A DNA stretch of 32,485 nt from an uncultured Clostridia bacterium (lineage in GTDB: Bacteria > Bacillota > Clostridia > Peptostreptococcales > Anaerovoracaceae). The stretch lies in NCBI GenBank assembly GCA_937928455.1, contig CALFUG010000191.1, forward strand, positions 1-32,485. Direction: 5' to 3'. A program made the position numbers and the translations under genes. The first letter of the stretch is position 1. Every line of letters begins with the position of its first letter. A model generated the notes under the pieces. The model saw nothing but the letters and a program-made list of their open reading frames with translations. It searched no databases and was not told the DNA's origin. Positions 26,521 through 32,485 of this stretch are shown here, in pieces.

Positions 26521-27031
26521 ACTAACCATAGCCAGAGTGGTGGTTGTTCCCATTTTCATCGTTCTATTTCTATTCAACTATCATCTTATTGCTTTTGCCG
26601 TCTTCATATTAGCGGCTCTTACAGACCTGATTGACGGACAAATTGCAAGAAAGTATAATCTGGTTTCCAATTTTGGAAAGATTATGGATCCCTTGGCGGA
26701 TAAAATATTAGTATATTCCGCATTTTGTCTCATGGTGGAAAACGGCCTCATCCCAGGGTGGATGCTCATTGTAATCCTGACTCGGGAATTTATCGTAGCG
26801 GGTATGAGAACGGTAGCAGCATCCGAAGGCTTGGTGGTTGCTGCAGGAATGAGCGGAAAGATTAAAACGGTACTCCAAATGGTGGCTGTACCTATGTTAT
26901 TACTAGTACCTGTCATTTCATGGCAATTTTGGATTACGGCTTCCATGATTGTTCTGTGGGCATCCCTTCTAATGACGGTTTATTCCGGCGTTGAATATAT
27001 ATATCAAAATAGAAAGGTATTCACCATATGA
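26504..27031 (+). CDS. pgsA: CDP-diacylglycerol--glycerol-3-phosphate 3-phosphatidyltransferase
   Basis: CDP-alcohol phosphatidyltransferase motif DLIDGQIARKYNLVSNFGKIMDPLADK, with multiple TM helices. The gene overlaps the rimO end by 17 nt. Confidence 0.92.
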   Translation: MNLPNKLTIARVVVVPIFIVLFLFNYHLIAFAVFILAALTDLIDGQIARKYNLVSNFGKIMDPLADKILVYSAFCLMVENGLIPGWMLIVILTREFIVAGMRTVAASEGLVVAAGMSGKIKTVLQMVAVPMLLLVPVISWQFWITASMIVLWASLLMTVYSGVEYIYQNRKVFTI

Positions 27032-28269
27032 AATCTGCCATCTTAAGCGTTGGAACCGAGTTGCTATTTGGTCAAATTGTCAACACCAATACCGTATTTC
27101 TATCCAATCAATTGAATCTCTTGGGAATCGATGTCCTATATCATCACGCGGTGGGGGATAATCCCACACGCCTCGATAGATTGCTCCGAAACGTACTAAG
27201 TGAAGTGGATTTGGTGATTACTACCGGAGGTTTAGGCCCCACTCAAGATGATTTAACAAAAGAGGTGATTGCAGATGTCATGGGAGAAGCTCTTGTGCTA
27301 CATCAACCATCCATGGATTCTCTCCAGGAAGCCTTCCATAAAATGGGAAGAACCATGACAGAAAACAACAAAAAGCAAGCATACATTCCCCGAAATGCTA
27401 TGATATTTCCCAACTCCCAAGGTACAGCCCCGGGATTTTCTCTAGAGAAGGAAGGGAAAAAGATTATCTGTTTGCCGGGACCTCCCAGAGAAATGAAGGC
27501 CATGTTTGAGCAGCAAGTGCGCCCTTATTTGGAGGCGTTGTCGGAAGACGTGATTTATCACCGGATGATTCGCACCTTTGGGATTGGAGAATCACAAGTC
27601 GAAACACAGCTTCTTTCCGTTATCAACGGACAAGGAGACCCCACCATCGCCACGTATGCGAAGGAAGGAGAAACCGCCATCAGAGTGGCATCAAAGCGCA
27701 AAACATATGAAGAAGCCAGATTGGCTGTGGAAGAAATGATTCTAAAAATCCAAGGAGAAATCGGCGTTTATATTTATAGTACAGAGGATCGGGAATTATT
27801 GGAAGTGGTAGGGGAAATGCTTTTAGAAGGTTCCATTACTCTTTCTGCGGCAGAATCCTGTACCGGCGGCTTATTTTCCTCTCAAATCACAGAAATACCA
27901 GGGATTTCCAAAATATTTGACCGGGGGCTGGTTACCTATAGCAATCAATCGAAAATCGACGAATTGGGTGTCTCAAATGAAACATTGGAACACTATGGGG
28001 CGGTAAGTCCGGAAACGGCGCGGGAAATGGCCCAAGGACTTTATAAGAAAACAGGTTCTGACTTATGCATCTCCGTTACTGGCATAGCAGGGCCGGAAGG
28101 TGGTACTCCGGAAAAACCTGTGGGGCTTGTGTTCATTGCCGTGCTTTACCGCGGACAGATCTATGAGCGCAAAGTGCAAAGTCGAAATGTCAATAGAAAT
28201 TGGAATCGGAATTATACGGTACTCAGTATGTTGAATTTTATACGACAAATTTTATTGAATTGTCATTAA
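27028..28269 (+). CDS. cinA: Competence/damage-inducible protein CinA (MoCF-like + PncC NMN deamidase domains)
   Basis: MKSAILSVGTELLFGQIVNTNTVFLS, TTGGLGPTQDDLTKE, and C-terminal AESCTGGL...TGIAGPEGG. The ATGA overlaps the pgsA stop. Confidence 0.9.
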   Translation: MKSAILSVGTELLFGQIVNTNTVFLSNQLNLLGIDVLYHHAVGDNPTRLDRLLRNVLSEVDLVITTGGLGPTQDDLTKEVIADVMGEALVLHQPSMDSLQEAFHKMGRTMTENNKKQAYIPRNAMIFPNSQGTAPGFSLEKEGKKIICLPGPPREMKAMFEQQVRPYLEALSEDVIYHRMIRTFGIGESQVETQLLSVINGQGDPTIATYAKEGETAIRVASKRKTYEEARLAVEEMILKIQGEIGVYIYSTEDRELLEVVGEMLLEGSITLSAAESCTGGLFSSQITEIPGISKIFDRGLVTYSNQSKIDELGVSNETLEHYGAVSPETAREMAQGLYKKTGSDLCISVTGIAGPEGGTPEKPVGLVFIAVLYRGQIYERKVQSRNVNRNWNRNYTVLSMLNFIRQILLNCH

Positions 28270-28354
28270 TTGAGTAAAAACGACAATGTCATTGAGAACA
28301 TTGACACCGAATATGCCCCGGGCTAAAATGGCATATATTACCATATAATTTTCC

Positions 28355-28386
28355 TTGACCTTTTGCGGGAAAAAAGGTACTATAAT
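28355..28386 (+). promoter_or_regulatory. Candidate recA promoter
   Basis: -10 TATAAT (28381-28386) lies immediately upstream of the LexA box. The nearest -35-like TTGACC (28355-28360) is 20 nt away, which is longer than optimal, so the -35 assignment is weak. Confidence 0.4.
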
Positions 28387-28388
28387 AA

Positions 28389-28402
28389 CGAACACGTGTT
28401 CG
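28389..28402. promoter_or_regulatory. LexA operator (Cheo/SOS box)
   Basis: Perfect palindrome CGAACACGTGTTCG. It matches the Gram-positive consensus CGAAC-N4-GTTCG, lies 3 nt after the -10 and 32 nt before the recA start. Confidence 0.8.
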
Positions 28403-28433
28403 TTATATGATTAGAGAAAGAGAGGAACCTAAC

Positions 28434-29534
28434 GTGGCAATTAATAAAGAAGAGAAAGACAAAGCTTTATCTGCCGCTTTGCAGCAAATTCAAAAGCAGT
28501 ACGGTCAAGGTTCCGTAATGCTTTTAGGAGATGAGGGGGCGAAACTAAATATTGAAGCCATTTCTACCGGTTCCATCAGTCTGGATATGGCCACTGGAAT
28601 TGGCGGAATTCCCAGAGGCCGGATTATTGAAATCTTTGGGCCGGAATCTTCCGGAAAGACAACCCTCACCCTTCATATGATTGCAGAAGCCCAAAAAGCA
28701 GGCGGAAAGGCCGCTTTTATCGATGCGGAGCATGCTTTGGATCCGGAATATGCAAGAAACCTTGGTGTGGATATCGACAAATTAGTGGTATCTCAACCGG
28801 ATACCGGAGAGCAAGCTCTGGAAATTTGCGAAATGCTTGTAAGAAGCGAAGCTCTGGATATTATTGTCATCGATTCCGTTGCTGCACTGGTTCCCAGAGC
28901 TGAAATTCAAGGAGAAATGGGAGATAGTCATGTTGGTCTCCAAGCCAGATTGATGAGTCAAGCTTTACGTAAACTAGCTGGTGCTATTCATAAGTCCAAT
29001 ACGTCCGTAGCGTTTATTAATCAACTTCGAGAAAAAGTGGGTGTGATGTTTGGCAATCCGGAAGTGACTTCTGGCGGTCGAGCCTTAAAATTTTATTCCA
29101 CCATGCGACTGGATGTACGAAGAATCGAAAGCATCAAGCAAGGCGAAAGCGTTGTGGGCAACCGTACAAGAGTTAAGATTGTTAAAAATAAAGTGGCCCC
29201 TCCATTTAAGATGGCGGAGTTTGACATCATGTATGGAACGGGTATATCCAAAGAGGGGGATCTTCTAGATTGCGCTGTAGATCAAAAAATTGTAGAAAAA
29301 TCAGGGTCTTGGTATAGTTTTCAAGGAGAGAAGATTGGTCAAGGGAGAGAAAACGTAAAAAATTTCCTGAAGGAAAACACGGATATAATGGACAAGATAG
29401 AGGAAATGTTACTAGCCTCTGTGGCACCTAAGACAGATGAGAACAAAGAGAAAAGCTCCCGAAAAGAGAAGAATGATGTAGATGACCTAATTCACGATTT
29501 GATGGTAGATGAAGACGGCGTAATTCAAGAATAA
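28434..29534 (+). CDS. recA: Recombinase RecA
   Basis: Walker [10 protein letters not shown], Walker [11 protein letters not shown], loop motifs, and an acidic C-terminal tail. GTG 28434 ([12 protein letters not shown]...) follows the RBS AGAGAGG. The ORF-track ATG 28407 lies just 3' of the LexA box (5 nt) and has no RBS. Confidence 0.96.
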   Translation: MAINKEEKDKALSAALQQIQKQYGQGSVMLLGDEGAKLNIEAISTGSISLDMATGIGGIPRGRIIEIFGPESSGKTTLTLHMIAEAQKAGGKAAFIDAEHALDPEYARNLGVDIDKLVVSQPDTGEQALEICEMLVRSEALDIIVIDSVAALVPRAEIQGEMGDSHVGLQARLMSQALRKLAGAIHKSNTSVAFINQLREKVGVMFGNPEVTSGGRALKFYSTMRLDVRRIESIKQGESVVGNRTRVKIVKNKVAPPFKMAEFDIMYGTGISKEGDLLDCAVDQKIVEKSGSWYSFQGEKIGQGRENVKNFLKENTDIMDKIEEMLLASVAPKTDENKEKSSRKEKNDVDDLIHDLMVDEDGVIQE

Positions 29535-29539
29535 TCTGG

Positions 29540-29568
29540 TTGACATAAGGTAGTCTCTATGATATTAT
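29540..29568 (+). promoter_or_regulatory. Sigma-A promoter of the rplU-rpmA operon
   Basis: -35 TTGACA (29540-29545), 17-nt spacer, extended -10 TGaTATTAT (29560-29568). It starts only 6 nt after the recA stop. Confidence 0.6.
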
Positions 29569-29574
29569 ACTTAA

Positions 29575-29645
29575 TTGTTAGCCGCACAGAATGGGTGTTT
29601 TGTAATGCCGATGGCAACCCACGATGGCGAGACTGGTTAGAGGAG
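29575..29645 (+). promoter_or_regulatory. Structured 5' leader of rplU (probable L21-leader type autoregulatory element)
   Basis: About 80-nt UTR with nested helices (TGGGT/ACCCA enclosing TGCC-gat-GGCA). Its position is the same as the Firmicute L21 leader family. I could not verify the covariance pattern by eye. Confidence 0.4.
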
Positions 29646-29654
29646 GAATAGAAT

Positions 29655-30164
29655 ATGTATGCAGTAATTGAAACCGGTGGAAAACAGTATCGGGTACAAG
29701 AAGGCGACGTCATCATGGTTGAAAAACTCAAGGCAGAAACTGGAGCTCAAATAGAGTTCGATAAAGTTCTGGTTTTGGGAGAAGGCGATCAAATTACCGT
29801 GGGACAACCTTATTTGGATTCGGTAGTCACCGGAAAAGTAGTAGAGAACGGCAAAGGCGAAAAAGTAATCATTTACAAGTATAAGGCGAAGAAGGATTAT
29901 CGTAAGAAACAGGGTCATCGACAACCTTTCACAAAGGTGGAAATCATAGGTTTCGGTGGTAAGGCTTCCGGCAAAGAATCTTCGGCAGAAAAACCGGTCG
30001 AAAAATCTGTCCCAGAAAGTCCCAAAGCGGATACAGAGGTCCCGAATTTAAAGGGAATGAAAAAAGCTGAAATCATTGAGTTTGCCAAGTCAAACAATAT
30101 TGAAATCGATGAAAAGGCAACCATAGCCGTATTAATAGAAGCCATTACAGAAGCAATGAAATAA
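29655..30164 (+). CDS. rplU: 50S ribosomal protein L21 with a ~65-aa C-terminal extension
   Basis: Residues 1-100 (MYAVIETGGKQYRV...KKQGHRQPFTKVEI) are canonical L21. Residues ~101-169 are a Lys/Glu/Pro/Ser linker plus LKGMKKAEIIEFAKSNNIEIDEKATIAVLIEAI. Confidence 0.9.
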   Translation: MYAVIETGGKQYRVQEGDVIMVEKLKAETGAQIEFDKVLVLGEGDQITVGQPYLDSVVTGKVVENGKGEKVIIYKYKAKKDYRKKQGHRQPFTKVEIIGFGGKASGKESSAEKPVEKSVPESPKADTEVPNLKGMKKAEIIEFAKSNNIEIDEKATIAVLIEAITEAMK

Positions 30165-30198
30165 TCCACCGGAACGGTAGAAAAGGAGGTGTTCATCC

Positions 30199-30459
30199 AT
30201 GGCAAGTAAAAAAGGAGTAGGTAGCTCCAAGAATGGTCGCGATAGCGAAGCCAAACGACTGGGTGTTAAAACAGGTGATGGGCAATTTGTCACTGCTGGA
30301 AGCATATTAGTAAGACAGAGAGGAACGAAGTTCCATCCTGGTAACAATGTGGGAATCGGCGGAGATGATACCTTATTTGCGAAGATTGACGGATCCGTAA
30401 AATTCGAGCGATACGACAAGAAGAGAAAGCAAGTAAGTGTATACGCCGACGAAGCGTAA
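30199..30459 (+). CDS. rpmA: 50S ribosomal protein L27 (no N-terminal propeptide)
   Basis: [24 protein letters not shown]... starts directly at the mature ASKKG N-terminus. RBS AAGGAGG. Confidence 0.95.
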   Translation: MASKKGVGSSKNGRDSEAKRLGVKTGDGQFVTAGSILVRQRGTKFHPGNNVGIGGDDTLFAKIDGSVKFERYDKKRKQVSVYADEA

Positions 30460-30474
30460 ATTCGTTGCTACCTT

Positions 30475-32485
<2,011 letters not shown>

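Noticed and set aside
28284-28335. Hairpin CAATGT-N8-ACATTG and a 13-codon mini-ORF (MSLRTLTPNMPRA) in the cinA-recA spacer.
   Set aside because: The hairpin has no U-tract, so it is not a convincing terminator. The mini-ORF has no RBS and no recognisable leader-peptide logic.

Overview
This window reads as a syntenic chromosomal core region of a moderately AT-rich, anaerobic Firmicute (Clostridia/Tissierellia-like). The taxon guess rests on a T-box leader, a Cheo-type LexA box, a Rex-type operator and ylbH-ylbI-ylbM-rpmF style gene order. Almost all of the window is coding, about 30 genes with short spacers, many translationally coupled. In order they are:
- the 3' end of an FAD/NAD(P) disulfide oxidoreductase
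- mscL
- a three-gene NuoE-like / NuoF::GltD fusion / HydA-like operon
- a nitroreductase (-)
- glgP
- a lipoprotein (-)
- rpmB, asp23, recG, rsmD, coaD, a coiled-coil protein, tmcAL (ylbM), ackA, rpmF
- a T-box leader followed by paaK and an ACT-domain gene
- asd (-)
- uppP, ftsK, rimO, pgsA, cinA, recA (with an SOS box)
- an rplU leader, rplU, rpmA, obg
- a 5'-truncated S24-like gene (-)

I saw no rRNA or tRNA genes, CRISPR arrays, transposases, integrases or long repeats. I see no clear accessory or defence island.

The items most worth a second look:
1. The hydrogenase-like operon. Its NuoF subunit carries a complete NADPH/FAD GltD-NfnB module, and its HydA-like subunit has Ser in place of one H-cluster cysteine (TSCSPGW). 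This fits a Sporomusa-type Nfn (Stn)-like transhydrogenase or an unusual NADPH-linked enzyme better than a textbook hydrogenase. A Rex-like operator sits on its promoter.
2. A complete T-box riboswitch controlling a phenylacetate-CoA-ligase-like gene plus an ACT gene.
3. A lipoprotein that looks like a PepD/M20C peptidase with every metal and catalytic residue replaced.
4. An L21 with a C-terminal HeH/Rho_N-like extension, in an operon that lacks the Prp protease and has an L27 with no propeptide.
5. A degenerate S24/LexA-like domain protein at the window edge.

All calls come from reading the translations and motifs by eye. No database search was run.
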